A stretch of 60,000 nucleotides of DNA from Lama glama (GCA_028534125.1 CM052817.1:5830001-5890000); one strand, 5' to 3'; shown: positions 24,210-37,949, counted from the first letter of the stretch. Program-made: numbers and translations. The notes: generated by a model from the sequence alone, not told the origin.

Positions 24210-25082
24210 ATGCAAATGACAAATGCTGGAGAGGCTGCGGAGAAAAGGGAGCCCTCCTACACTGCTGGTGGGAATGCAGTTTGGTGCGGCCACTGTGGAA
24301 AACAGTGTGGAGATTCCTCAAAAGACTAGGAATAGACTTACCATATGACCCAGGAATCCTGCTCCTGGGCATATATCCAGAANNNNNNNNNNNNNNNNNN
24401 NNNNNNNNNNNNNNNNNNNNNNNNNNNNNNNNNNNNNNNNNNNNNNNNNNNNNNNNNNNNNNNNNNNNNNNNNNNNNNNNNNNNNNNNNNNNNNNNNNNN
24501 NNNNNNNNNNNNNNNNNNNNNNNNNNNNNNNNNNNNNNNNNNNNNNNNNNNNNNNNNNNNNNNNNNNNNNNNNNNNNNNNNNNNNNNNNNNNNNNNNNNN
24601 NNNNNNNNNNNNNNNNNNNNNNNNNNNNNNNNNNNNNNNNNNNNNNNNNNNNNNNNNNNNNNNNNNNNNNNNNNNNNNNNNNNNNNNNNNNNNNNNNNNN
24701 NNNNNNNNNNNNNNNNNNNNNNNNNNNNNNNNNNNNNNNNNNNNNNNNNNNNNNNNNNNNNNNNNNNNNNNNNNNNNNNNNNNNNNNNNNNNNNNNNNNN
24801 NNNNNNNNNNNNNNNNNNNNNNNNNNNNNNNNNNNNNNNNNNNNNNNNNNNNNNNNNNNNNNNNNNNNNNNNNNNNNNNNNNTAGAATAGATAAACAAGA
24901 TTACACTGTATAGCACAGGGAAATATACACAAAATGTTATGATAAATCACAGAGAAAAAAATGTGACAATGAGTGTGTATATGTCCATGAATGACTGAAA
25001 AATTGTGCTGAACACTGGAATTTGACACAACATTGTAAAATGATTATAAATCAATAAAAAATGTTAAAAAAATAAAATAAAT
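24210..25082 (+). mobile_element. Younger L1 3' end spanning an assembly gap
   Basis: [34 protein letters not shown] (L1 ORF2 Cys-rich end) before the Ns; L1 3' UTR and A-rich tail after them. Confidence 0.9.
24383..24882. other. Assembly gap (500 N)
   Basis: Run of n characters. Confidence 1.
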
Positions 25083-25479
25083 GGAGGGGGAATAAAGCGA
25101 GGAGAATCCATGGATTCCTCTGAATTAGGTGCTCAGTGGGGTGCCAAGCCTGTGTCCTGTGTTGGCTCTTCCCTTGAAGGGTAAGATGACAGGACCTTCC
25201 TCCCAGACAGATGCATATGGAGTCTGAGATCCCCTTGACCTTGGAGCCCCAGCTGCCGGCCCCGCTGCACTCTCTGAGGCTGTGCACGCAGAGGCTGACC
25301 CTCTGTCCCGAAGCAGCAAAGATGCTTGCTGGGCTCATGGCAAGTCCCCAGGGCCACCACCTTGCAGCGAGGAGAGGGGCCACTGAGTGGCTTTCCCAAA
25401 GAGAGGGACCCCAGCTGTGAGCATCAGGTCTTGGGCACTCCCTCATTCACCCTCTGCCCAGCCAGTGAACGGTCACTTC

Positions 25480-25973
25480 TGTGGCTTTGTGACAACCCTA
25501 AGGGTGGAGAACCAATAGAGAATTTGGGAGGGAGATCCACAGACATCCGCCAACTAACAGCTGGCACCGCCATCTGCCTCTGCGAGGGATACGTCACGAG
25601 TCGCTGCAGCCACAGGAGGGAGCTCAGGGTGGAGGTCAGGAGGGAGGTGCTCTGTGTTCTGGGAAAACTGGCAGAACAGGCCTTCAGACAGAGATTTTCA
25701 GGAGGAGGTTTTATGAGCCCGGATTCTTGCATCGAGAAAAGCCCGCAGCCGTTGCCGTGTGCAGCTCGTGGCTCACAGCCTGCCTCCGTGTAAGCGTGCT
25801 TGGCGGCAGCGCCCCGTCACTGAAACCGCGTGTAGTAGCGGCCCTCCTTGCTCCGTCTTCGCAGCCGTTCTCCGGGGCGATCTGAGAGGCTGTCTCCCGG
25901 GCTTCCGTCCTCATTTTGCCCCCAGTAAACCTGAACTCGCAGCTGTCACGTTGTCATGTGTTTCCGGTCGGCA
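25480..25973 (+). mobile_element. ERV1-class solo LTR (MER41-related), CpG-rich
   Basis: TG...CA ends with 4-bp TSD CTTC (25476-25479 and 25974-25977); degenerate poly(A) signal agtaaa near 25924. Confidence 0.65.
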
Positions 25974-26034
25974 CTTCCAAGAACCTGTGCTTGTTTGTTT
26001 TCCGCCCAGCCTGGTTGTTCCTCTCCCAGAGCTG

Positions 26035-26250
26035 GGACTAGGGTGAGGCGAGCGAGCCTCTGTCCTGGGAGCAAATCGAGACGAAGGAGGTACTGAAAAC
26101 CGCAGTCATCAAGATAAATAATACTTAATGCAATATTTCTAAAAAGTCAAAATGAATGCAAAAAGCCCATGATGCACGAATTATCAGCATTTTCAAGAAA
26201 GACAGGAGCTGGTTGGGGGTGAGCGGGAGGCGAGTGAGGTGAGTCTTACA
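26035..26250. mobile_element. hAT-type DNA transposon fragment (MER96-like)
   Basis: gggtgaggcgagcgag...atcaagataaataatacttaatgcaatattt...gaaagacagga; family from memory. Confidence 0.5.
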
Positions 26251-28049
26251 GGTGTGGGGTCAGATCCTGAGACAAGGTTTTCCACCCACGTTCTCTGAAA
26301 AGCAGCCTTTGGCACCCGGTGGCCACTCTCCCTGCTTTCATTCTTCTTCCTAAACCTTTATTACCCTCTGTCATTCCCTCACGTGTTTGTTTATTTATGG
26401 AGTGTGTGTGAGGGGCGATGCATTTCAAAAAATGAGGCCAGATGAGGGCATGCAGCCAGGCCAAGGAGCAAATCCTTCCTCTCTGCTGCGCATCCTTCCC
26501 CTAGACTGGATGCCAGTAAAGGAGTGCCGTGTCAGAATAAACGCAGCGTGTGGTTTTAAGTCTCTTGATGTCTGTCAGTGTTTCACATCAATATTTCAGC
26601 TAAGGATGTGAAGAGTATCTCCTCTCTCCAGAGGGGGTCTTGGATGCCACTTACCGAGCGCCCTCAGCCACGTGCGGTGAGAGCTTCTGGAAAGGCTGGG
26701 CGGCAGGTGGGCAAATGAGGAGGTGAGTCAACGGACGACTGTCCAGCAGTGGCCAGCAGCCAGGGGCATGGGGCAGGGGGACCTGGGAGCCGTGCAAAGG
26801 TGTTTCCACGAAGAAGACCCTTCCTCCTCCTCCACCTCATCAAGCGCCCTGCTGCTCCAGCTGAACAACCTGTCAGGCTTCTTCTCCCACATCCAGGTGA
26901 CCCCATCTCAGAGGATGTCTCTACCTGGGTTTCACCTCCCTGCTGCCACTCTCCCGAGCCCCAACCTCATCCTGCCCCACCTGGACATCAGCCTGCTGCC
27001 TGGCTTCCCCATCAGAAGCATCCAGCCTCCTATTCAATTCTCTGCAGTCTCCTCCAGGGTGGTTTTTCATGTGCTGCAGAATCGAAGCACCCATGATCTC
27101 TCCTTTTGGGGGTGCCAGCCCCTCAGATCCTCTGCTTCTCGCCGTGACTATCGGTTGCTGGCTTTCTGATGCCAAGACGAAGATCAACACACTCAGCCCT
27201 TCCATCCCTGGTATCTGGTGACACACCTGCTAGGGCTTTTATCAGAACCGAAAACCGGACGAATTGTTCCAAATTCAGACCTTCTCTTTTCTTGGCTCCC
27301 AAGCAAGCCAAAAGGGAGAGAGAAATGCAGTGAGACTGGGTGACGGGAGCCACTGGAGAAGAGGGTAGCCCAAAGGGCGGTGGAACTTGCAGGTGTCTGA
27401 ACAGTTTGAATAAACACCGTTAGCGACGTGCCATTTTCTTTTAGGCCAAAAGTAGGGTTGTCCTTTCGTAAATACTCCCAGGCGAGTGACTGTGATGGAT
27501 GGATGCTGTGGTTGTAATAAGTGTACTCATTTTACTCAGCGGGTGCTGCCAAGGCACTTGGTAAATAAAACAATATTTATAAACCATCCATTAAAAAGTC
27601 AGAAAGAAATCTGGGGAGATGTTCACATCAGTTTCCAGGAACTTCAGGTGAAGAGTTCTGAATGAAGAAAGCTTACCATGAGCACTGTGACATGTTTTCC
27701 CTTTTCAATCACAATTAACACATCCCGTGTCGCTGGCTCCCAGAATGGTATTTAATTTATGGCTCAGAAGATTTGAGCTTGTGACTTCCATCATCATTTG
27801 TCTTTCGAACTATTTCAAATAGGAAAATGTTGCTGTCTCAGAATCTTCCAGTTCCAAGTGGTTCCACACTGAACCTGCCTCATGGACCCCCTCTGAACTT
27901 TCCGGCATCCCAACATCCCAGCAAGTGACTCAGCCAGGTAGGGAGAAAGAACTGCCTTGCTTTTTTTCTTTTAACCATATCTTTTCATGCATCCTGTTAT
28001 TTTATTTTCAGAGCAGTATGATGAGCTATCAAGTTCAGGATTTACACTT

Positions 28050-28430
28050 TCATGAGTTGAACTGTGTTCCCTGTGCCAGAAAGATATGCTGAGTTCCTAA
28101 GCCTTGGTACCTGTGAATGTGACCTTAATTGGAAATAAAGTCTTTGCAGATGTAATCAGGCTAAGATACAGTCATTAGGTGGCCCTAATCCAATATGACG
28201 GGGGTCCTTTTAAGAAGAAGAGACAGACACACATAGGGAGAAGGCAACTGACGCCAAGGATCACAGGCACCACCGGAAGCTGGAGAGGCGGGAAAGGATT
28301 CTCCCCAGAGTCTCTGCAGAGGGAGCCTGGCTCTGCTGATGCCTTGATCTCAGACACTAGCCTCCAGAACTGGGAGGGAATAGATTTCTGTTGTGCTGTC
28401 TTTGTTAGGGCAGCCGTGGGACACCATCTA
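28050..28430 (+). mobile_element. MLT1 MaLR LTR
   Basis: ggtacctgtgaatgtgaccttaattggaaataaagtctttgcagatgtaatc...ggattctccccagag...cctccagaactgggag. Confidence 0.8.
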
Positions 28431-29034
28431 GTCTCCTTTCAGCTTGCTCTGTTTGTGACTATTGTGGTTCACTGGTCCCTTCAGCTTCTCCCCAGTCCCC
28501 CAGCCCTCCTCTTCTTCCCAGTCCCCTCATCTCAGTCAGATTCCAGGTGTTAACATATCCTAAACTCTTCTCCTCCCATTCCTTCTTCACAGCTTTGGGC
28601 CAGCAGCATCTGTGGCTTCCATCACTAAACACAGGGTACCATATTCACATGGGCACCACGCTGCTGGCATCTCACTCTCCACCAAGTGTTTTTCAAGTGT
28701 CCTCTAACCTCACCATCTACTCATCGCTCTCAGGAGATGCCTGCGGTGGATGCATTGATGTCCCACCTGTAGTCCCTTCAGTAGCCCATGCACCCGTCCC
28801 CTAGCTGCTATCAGTGTGACCGATAAAACCTCACCGCTGCTTCCTTCTCCAAAGAACTTTCTTCAACCAACAGGAGCATCCTGCCTGGCAGACCACCAAC
28901 CCCCAGACCCAGCGGATGATTGTATGATACTCAGGTACAAACAGCAGGTGACTTTGCTTGAAGGTGGAAGAGCAGGTGGATATACAGTAGTGATTCCCTC
29001 ATTTAATGCCCCAAGATGTTACCCAAGAAACCAT

Positions 29035-29500
29035 ATACTGGGCAAAAGTGACAGTTATACATTTCAAGGGCTGTTGGATACGGCATCTGTGTTGACACTG
29101 ATATCCAGGGACCCAAAGCATTGTTAAGCCCCCTCCACCATTAACATAAGCCATATGAGAATCAGGTAGGCAATGTAGTTCTGGCTCAGGTATGTCACAC
29201 AGGGGGTGCAGTGAGTCAACAGAGCCACCTGTGGTCATTTCCTTGGTCCTCAATGTTTTTAGCTTTGAAGATGAGGAAGGGCCCGTGAGCCAAGGAGTGC
29301 AGGCAGTCCTGAGAAGCTGTAAGAGGCAAGCAAGGGACCGTCCCCTAGAGCCTCCAGAAAGGCACGCACCCTACTGACACCTTGATTTTGGCCCCAAGAC
29401 ACCGGTGTCAGATTTCTGACCTCTGGAAATATAAGACAATAAGTTGGCATTTAAGCCACTGAGTTTGTGGTAATTTATTACAGCAGCCACAGGAAATATA
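29035..29500 (+). mobile_element. ERVL protease remnant (29035-29250) abutting an MLT1 3' half (about 29260-29500)
   Basis: TFQGLLDTASVLTLISRDPKHC resembles the ERVL protease TFRGLLDTGSELTLIPGDPKHHC; followed by cccctagagcctccagaaagg...gacaccttgatttt. Confidence 0.7.
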
Positions 29501-30659
29501 GTCCTTGTAACTATTTGCTGAATGAATTAATGAATAAACGAATGAGAGAAGACGATCTGAAGTCCCTCTGCTGGCTGGTCCCTATGATTCCTCTGGGTCG
29601 GTTTAGGGCTGGGTGCCCAGCATGGGCCCGGCTGCACCAGCGCGGTCTGAAGGAGTGAGCAACTCCCCTCCCCGCTCTGTGTCTGCCTCTCAGACTCCCA
29701 GGGGACTCACGAGCTTGCTGAAAGGCACCTGTGTGGCGCTTGGCTCGGGTGGAACTGCCTAGAGATGAAAATGCTTCACGGGACACACCTGCCCTCCAAC
29801 CATGCGCTGTCTGACCTGTGCCTTCCGTCACAGGAGTGTTTGTTTCCCTGAAGTTAAGGCACATTCGTCTCAACTCAGCCCTCCCTTTCTGTTTTTTTGT
29901 TTGTTTGTTTCTAACATCATCCTGGACACACTCTGGGCTGTAAGACGTGCAAAGAACATCTGGAGTTTTTAAAGGACGTGCAATCTTTTTCACTGATGTC
30001 CCTGTGTCATCCCACTGGGTTCACGCTACCACCTCCAGTGTTTTAATGTCCTCGCTCAACAGATGACGGAACTGAACCGTCATTTACTTGTTTATTAGCT
30101 CCTTTTTTCCCTCACTTACTCATGAACCCCTTAATAAACACTGCTGAGGGCTGACTGCCTGCACTTGACCTTGTGTTCAGAACATCGCACACTCCTGCTG
30201 CTGCCTGGATGTATCCCAAGTTCTGAGGAGGGAAAACATGAAACCATGCGCCTCTTACCATCAGTGCGAAAGCTCATCCTTGGTGGAGAGAAGACCGGAA
30301 CTCTGGCATCCTAGCCCTCCCCACTGAGCACCCCCAAACACAAGACAGCTACTTACCACCTCTTGTCTCGCACTAGGACGTGGTGCCAGAACTCCCAGAA
30401 AGAGACCTTCTCAGTTCATGGTCACTTAGGAGCACAATTCAAGCCACACACCAGCCGGTGAAGCTCCCGCGGCGGGACGTTCTGTCCTACCTCCCAGGAG
30501 GAGCTGGCCTCTTGAGAAGTTCCCATGTGCTTCAGGCTTTACAGCCTGTTTTTCCAGTCTGTCCACTAGAGTCCCGCTGCCGTGTTAGGGCTCCTTCCGG
30601 ATTTGAGTGTAATCCTCCTCCCTCCACGGTGGTGAGAAGTTAATTCCTTTATGACGAAC

Positions 30660-30880
30660 CCAGGGTCTCTCAGCCTAGCCACAATTGCCTTTTACACTGG
30701 AAAACTCTGTGCATTGTGGCACGGTTAACAGCGTCCCTGGCCCCTCTGCTCACTCGATGCCACTGGCCACTTTGCACCCCCATCCCCGACTCCAACCCCT
30801 CTCCCCCAACCCCATTATAACCAAAAATGTCTCCAGACACTGCTCAGTGTCTCCCGAGGGCCAAAATCACCCCAGGGCTA
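30660..30880 (+). mobile_element. MER20 (hAT-Charlie)
   Basis: gcattgtggcacggttaacagcgtccctggcc...aaccaaaaatgtctccagacactgc. Confidence 0.75.
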
Positions 30881-31054
30881 TGCCCATCTCTGCGCCTCTA
30901 TCTCTGTTGGACCAGGTGATCCGTATTCTCCCTTAGACTGAAAATCCTGCTTCTGTAACACTCATTCTCTAGTCATAGTTTCCCAAAGAAGAACGGGAGT
31001 GAGATGTTTTATTTATGACTGTATTGAACAGGAGGTCAGTTTTCCCAATGGCCA

Positions 31055-31402
31055 TGCATTGAGGTTCTCCAGTACAACAGAACCACAGGAGGACTCAGCT
31101 CATGTGATTTGTGCAGGTGTAAGTCCACAGTCCACAGGGCAGGCTGGCGGGCTGGAGCCCCAGACAGACTTGCAGTCCACGTCCCAAGGCAGCCCACTGC
31201 TGAATTCCCTCTTGCTCCAAGGAGGTCAGTCTTCTGTTTCTCAAAGCCCACCTGCAATATGGAGGGTAGGGCTTTGCCCAAAGTCTGAGGATTTCAATGT
31301 TAATCTCACCCAACAAACACCTTAGAAGAAACATCCAGAATAACGTTTGACTGAATATCTGGGCGCTGTGGCCCAACCTAGTGGACACACAGAATGAATC
31401 AC
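31055..31402 (-). mobile_element. MLT2-like ERVL LTR
   Basis: ggttctccagtacaacagaacc...gaaacatccagaataacgtttgactgaatatctgggc. Confidence 0.7.
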
Positions 31403-31650
31403 ATCAGGCAGTGATGGGTGAATTCGCTCATGGCAAAGAGAGGGACGATGCCCTTGAGCGCACCTGGAATTTAGGGCCAGGCTTCCATGGTTATGCCTGA
31501 AAGGTCAGTGTTATAGGAGCCATCGGTGGTTCCCAGCCCTGGTCATTGCAATTGCCTGGGGAGGCTTGAAATATGCAGGTGTCAGATCTACCTTTGGGAG
31601 TCCAATCCAGTTGGTCTGAGGCTGGGCTCAGCCATCAGTGTGCTGTCAGA

Positions 31651-31744
31651 GCGGGTAGGGATGTAGCTCAGTGGTAGGGCGTGTGCTTGGTAGCACAAGG
31701 TCCTGGGTTCCATCCTCAGTGCCTCTGTTAAGGGAAAAGATAAA
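31651..31744 (+). mobile_element. Vic-1-like SINE, short form
   Basis: gtagctcagtggtagggcgtgtgcttggtagcacaaggtcctgggttccatcctcagtgcctc. Confidence 0.75.
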
Positions 31745-32179
31745 GGGACCCTCAGATATTCCCAGTGCACAGACAGGGGTGGAAGCCTCTGGGCTGAATG
31801 AACTCTGACCCTTCCCCCAGGACCAACAAGGTGTGTCGGGTTTGAATCCCACTTCCCTTCGAGGGAATTATGAGATGCTGGGACAGCCGTTGTACCTCCC
31901 TGAGGCTGCTGGTTATGTTAGGAGATACTTGGAAAGCACCCAGCACAGTCTCAGGAGACATAGCAGGTGTCATACGTCAGCACACGTCTGCTCCACCACC
32001 CAGCTCGAGCTTAACAACCTGGCTGCCCCGCTCTGTCACTTTTGGCTAAGTTCCTGTTAAAATATAATAATAACCATGCTTTCTCTAACACGGATCAAGT
32101 TTTGAGACAGATGCTGTGCTCCCAGTAGGCATTATCTAACCCTCACAATAGTCGTATGAAGAAGATTCGGTGGTGGTTC

Positions 32180-32821
32180 TGTTAGAGCAGGCAGACAGCT
32201 AGATGTGAGCAGAGAAAGGGGGCTCAGGCCAAACGGCAGGAACTGGGCAGAAAGGAGGGACACGGGCTGAATGCAGGAAACCATGCGTCATGTAAACAAT
32301 AGGGGTCGCTGGGCAGAGAAAGAGAAGCAGGAAGCTCTGGGCTGATAAGCGGTCACACATTTTGGGGGGTGACAAGCAGTCTGAGGCCAATAAAGAAAGG
32401 TTGGAAAAGGCAGGAATCTCCGGTGTCTGAGTGTAATCTTTTGCTCATTATGCCCTCATTTTGATAAAATAAGCCTTGCAGATTAGAAGCACCCATCATG
32501 CACTCATGCCGTGACACTTCCGATCCAGACTAAATAAGGACAAAAATCCCTCCTCCTTTCGGAAAGGAACAGTTGGGATGAAAATCAGGAAATACAACCC
32601 CAAACCCTTCCCTCCCCAGTGAGTATTCTGCCCAATCGTTTTGACACTCTGTGTAACCAACTTGCAAAGAAACACCGGGCAGCTGCTCACCGGGTCTGCC
32701 CGCTCTCCCCTTGAGAGTGTACTGTACATCCCTTCATAAATCCCCACTTCACTTTCTTAACCTAAGAGTCTCATCTCTGAATTCTTTCTGCGATGGGACA
32801 AGAACCTAGTCACCAGCAACA
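32180..32821 (+). mobile_element. ERV1-class solo LTR inserted into a MIR
   Basis: tgttagagcaggcag...caccagcaaca; near-TSD GTTC/GTAC; MIR-like sequence on both sides (cctcacaatag... and gaggaaaatgaggcacagagag). Confidence 0.75.
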
Positions 32822-35800
32822 GTACCAGGTTCAAATGAGGAAAATGAGGCACAGAGAGTTTAGGCCACTTTCCCAAGGTGGAAGCAAACCATCTGAGATT
32901 TATCTGACTCAGCAGGTTAAAGCTTTTAAGGAACTTGCCCCAGGAGGTGTAAATCAGGGTTACGGCCACAGGGAAGAAGGAAACAAACAAAAGTGCCACA
33001 GTGTCCACATGCTGCCACTGTGTACCTAGAAAACCTAAGCAAATAGAAATAAAAATTCTTAGAATTAATTTGGGAATTTTGCAAAGGCAAAATTATTAAT
33101 TATTTAATTAATTAGCAGAAATCATCTATGAAAATCACAATAGGAACAAAACATGGAATACCTAGGGATCAGTTTGGTAAGAAAGATGAGTTCCGTGAAT
33201 GACTACAACTATCAAACTATATTAAGGGGTATTAAAGAAGGTTGATTCGACCTTTGGAAGGAGATGGTCTGGGCAGATGGTAAACAGCGTAAAAATGTCA
33301 ATTCTTTGCAGATTGGTTATAGGTTAAACCTATTCCTTTCTTTTTTTGAGTCAAAATGAAGTATTGAGGTAATTTCTGCAATTCAAAGATTTCAGAGTGC
33401 AATCCATAAAGTGCCTTCTGAACTCACGATGAATTCTAGTATCTCAGAAATAAAGAGTGAGTCCTCCGGGGCACTTGAGTGAGTTCCAGGTTTCATTTCA
33501 GACACGGCCGCCTAAGCAGAGAGATTCCTTCTGTTTGGCTGTGCATGGGCACACTCAGATCCAAACCAATTTATGTAAAACAAAAATTGCTACACAGTTT
33601 AAAAAATTTTTAATTGTGAAATATACTATAGGTTTAGAAATATCTTTACTATATAATATATACACACATACATATATATAGTTTTTTTAAATAATTGAAT
33701 GAACACCCGTGAGGCCACCTGGGCAGACTCTTAAGGAAGCCCTATGATCTGGGTTTTGTGTCCTTGTGTGACCCATTGCCTTGAGTTTGGTAGAACCTAT
33801 AACCTGCTTCTAGATATATGAGATACAGCAAAATATAAAACAGCTTCTTAATATATCAGGAGCTCACCCCGACACTCCCAAGACTAAGAAATGCATATAT
33901 GGCAAAACAGAAACAATAAATAGATTAAAAATGATCAGCCTTGTTAATGCCAGTTGAATTGCAGTGCTGTATCGGCCAAGTGTGATTTGGAGCTCGGATG
34001 AGTCATGGCATCCACAGTCGAGTGGAATGAGACAGGTACATGCTCACTGTGGAGAGGAACGCAAGTCAGTAGAATGTGGCTGGAGAGCAGTCTGGCAAAA
34101 CAGTCCCTATGTCTTAAAAGCATGCATAGGCTTTGTTGGGGTTATTCATTTTTAATAACCTGTCCAAAGGCAGCCATCCTCAAGGCAATGGCTGATGTTA
34201 AAACATGTGTATCAAGATGTTTGGTTGGGCCAACACTGGAAATCTGAAACCAGCCCCAAACACGGAGGGCAGGGAGAGACCCAAGAAAAAAGCAGACCAG
34301 ATTGGTAGGTGGCAGGTTCAATGAGCAAGAAAACTTACGAGGCATCTCTTCCAACAATTACGGGAATGATTACATAAATTACGCTCTATCCATCCACTTG
34401 TTGAATAAGATGCAGATATTGAGATGATGTTTTCTTGTAGCTTTTAATGACAAAGATAAACTCTTCTGGCTGTAAGTTAAAATGAGCGGAAGACTGGGAT
34501 CCTTAGCAGCCTCTTCCTGCCAAACAACAGCCGTTCTTCAGCGGAGCTGGAGCGATCGGGGTTAAACCCTAGTGGCACCGCCTATTTGCGCTGATCCTTC
34601 TGAGCCTCAGGTGCGCTCCTAGTTTGTTTTTAGAATCCGATGATATCACAGAAGCAAAACAGCCTTGCCTATTCTAGACACTCAACGAGTGTCACCTGCC
34701 TCCTTTTTCAGTTAATAATGCTGAACATGCGGATTACGACCCAGGGAAAGAAGATGGAACCAAAAATCGTTTACAGACTGATCACAAGTTTAAAATACCT
34801 ATTTGTCCACTTAGAGTTAGAAAGATAGAAAGAGTTGGTTTTAATTTTTAATTAAAAAAAAAAGCAGAGAAGACTTCTCTGTTTGTATTTTCACGAGAGC
34901 GAGGCTTCTGTCTGGGATAGAGGCTGTGACAATCTTGTTCACATGATCCCAGCACCCGACCTTAACAGATGAGAGAACTCACATCAATCTTGCTCCCTAG
35001 TGACAGTAAAAATCTTGTTGTGCTCCAACCCAGATGGGAAGTGGGGTGTGGTATGTTCTGGGGGATGACAATGGCCCCTCCCTTATCATCCACACCGCCT
35101 ACATCACTGGTGGTCAACCTTCAGTGCGCACCACCGACACTGGGGTTGCAAAATGCAGATTCCTTGGCGCCTGTAATGAGATTCTGATTTGGTAGGTCTG
35201 GAATGAGGCTGGAAATGTGTGTGTGTGAAATATGTAGCAACGTTTGTAAATCGTAAGCACAGGGCTCAGTGCATATTTACATATCTACACATATGTGGTC
35301 TGTCCGTCTACCATAGTATGCCACTTACCTGGTGCTCTCCATATAGGTACATAGCTATGTGTTTTCCACATACGTATATACCTGCATAACCTCTATTCAG
35401 ATCAGGATACAGAGCAGTCCCAACACCCCAAACGCCCTTTCCTAACCAGTAACTGCCACTCCACTCCACCTCCGATGGCAGATCACCAGTATTCTAACTT
35501 CTGTTGACACAGATTAGCCTGTGCTGAAACTTCCTATGAAGGGAACCACATGGTACTCTTCTGTGTCTAGGTTATCCTGTTCAGCATCATGTGTGTGAGA
35601 AGAATCCCGCGCTGTTGTCTGTGTCAGGAGTTCATTGACTTCTATTGTTGAATGTGGATAAACCACAATTTATTCCCCTGTTCTCCTGCTGAGGGGCAGC
35701 TGCGTGGATCCCAGTTTGGGGCGTTTGCGAACAGCGCTGCTCAACTGTCCTAATCCAGTCTTTTGTGGAACACACATGCTCTGTGCTCTTGTCTACACTT

Positions 35801-37169
35801 AGGAGTGGGGTTGAGAGACTCGAGGGTGAGTTTGGGTTTAATTCTGGGAGACACTGCCACACAGTGGAATCCACAATTTTATGTGGTATTGTTGATGCGG
35901 CTGGTCTTGGACCACACTTTGAGAAATACTGTTTCTCTGAAAGCCCGATTTTGCAAACAAACATATGCCCTTCATCTCCCCTTTCCTCGGGGCACAAGGT
36001 GGGATGAGCTTGCTGACACTGAGACACCAGCTAGGTGATCTGGGGAACAGGTGAGAATGAGAAATTAAATGAATACCATCCCTGAGCATCACTTTGGGAC
36101 AAATCTTTGCCATTTACTCTTTTGCCTGTTGGAAAGAAGCTGAGAACAGGGAAACTTTGATAAGTTGGGAAGGTGAGAAGCCAGGTCCCTGTGCCTCACC
36201 AGCCAAGCCCTCTCCCACCCCAACCATGAACCTGAATAGTGTCCATTCATCTGCTGGTAAAAAGGCATCTGCTGGGGACCTCGAGTTATCCCTGTGGGGA
36301 GCGACTGTCTTCTGTCATCTTAAACGAGATCATTGCACAGGCGTTTCCTCAGTCCTGGCGGCCAGCCCCTGCTCTTAACAAAGGCATGGCTTGCAGGTGA
36401 TGAAAGAGAAGGCGTTCCTCCTGCTGGGCTCAGTGGGTTTGACGACAAATACCAACCATCCTCTTCACGTGACTCTGGCTGTTTTAACATAGACCCAGGC
36501 AGCCCCTCCGAGGTCAGAAAGCCAGGAACCAAGGCATCCTGCTGGCAGAGTGTGGAAGGAGGGCCATCCTGGTGAGTTGACCATGCTTGGCTTCCTTGGT
36601 CCCTCCGCCTGTTCCTTCTCTCCGTTTTCCTTCCCTGTTCCCGTGTTTCCCGCGGGTTGGCTCTGTGATCGCAAGCTGCTCTCTGCTGTTCTTAGCACAG
36701 CACTCCAACCAGGGACTCAGGCACCAGAGCAGTAGGCTGGCTCCCGAAATGGAAAAAGGGCTTCCACGTGGAGTCGGTGAGAAAGGAACTAGGCTCTGTA
36801 CATCCGGGATCTCATGAAGCCGGAAGAGGGAGTTGGAATCCTCCCCACCCCCATCCCAACTGGATCTGATGTCCTCCACCATCACCCTCCTGCCCTGAAA
36901 TCCCTGGTCTAAACTCCCCTCCAACAAACTGTAAGTGCCACGAAACAAGACAAACCACGTCTGTCTTACCTCACGGCTGAGTGTGTTACCTGGAACATAA
37001 CAGACGACCAGTGATTATTTACTTGAATAAATGTGTGAGCAAATGATTGAGTGGACTTTGAATTAATGAATGAATGAAGTGAAGAAACCATGTGATCCGT
37101 ATTCTTTTTAAGATCACAGAGTTGTAAAGCTCTTCTACGTAAGAACAACATCCTAGCTCTTTCAAAGTA

Positions 37170-37370
37170 CAAAAGGGACTCTCTTGTCCGAATTGGCCAT
37201 GTCTGGAGATATTTTTAGTTGTCACAACTGGGGCAGGGACGGCTACCGGCATCTGGTGTGTCGAGGCTAGGGCCACTGCCAAGCGTCCTGAAATGCACAG
37301 AATAGTTCACAGCAACAAGGACTTGCCCTGTCCCAGTGGTTAATGGTGCCGAGGCTGACGGTGCTGAGGA
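37170..37370 (-). mobile_element. MER20 (hAT-Charlie)
   Basis: atgtctggagatatttttagttgtcacaactggg...ggcatctggtgtgtcgaggctaggg. Confidence 0.75.
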
Positions 37371-37810
37371 AGGGGTCTGTCCAAGGGCTGGCGCTGACAT
37401 CGCTTGCTACAAATCTGCTCCAGTTAAAAGAGATTGAAAAACTGAGGTGGACAGGGACCACTTAGAGAAGATTTTACAAGTTATATCAGCATAATAAAAT
37501 GTGAAATTACTGCTTTTAAAGATTATCTGACCCAGTGGTTGTCAAACTGCTTTCAGTACAACTATTTCTATAAATAAAACCTTACACAGAATCTCAATTT
37601 ATGAAAGTGTTAAGCAGGATATTTATTAGTTAAAATAGTATGCTCTAAGTTCAAACATATAGTCAGTGTAGTTTAAAAGTGCAGTTTAAAAACACAAGTT
37701 AAACTCTAGATTGAGCACTGAAGCCTTATATCATGTTTATATCACATGTGGCTGAAGTTTTTTTTTTAAATATTATTATGAAACTTGCTCTTCTAAAAAA
37801 AATTTGATTC

Positions 37811-37900
37811 TTTTTGTTGTTAGTGGAAATACTGGGGATTGAACCCAGGACCTCATGCATGCTGAGCACGTGCCCCACCACTGAGCTATACCCCTTACCC
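37811..37900 (-). mobile_element. Vic-1-like SINE
   Basis: actggggattgaacccaggacctcatgcatgctgagcacgtgccccaccactgagctatacccc. Confidence 0.85.
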
Positions 37901-37949
37901 CTTGGGTGGAGTTTTATATTGGTCTCAGTAATTTCAGTAATCAAACATT

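Noticed and set aside
24086..25028. Long ORFs of 181-275 aa
   Set aside because: Artefacts of the N run plus a short L1 ORF2 fragment.
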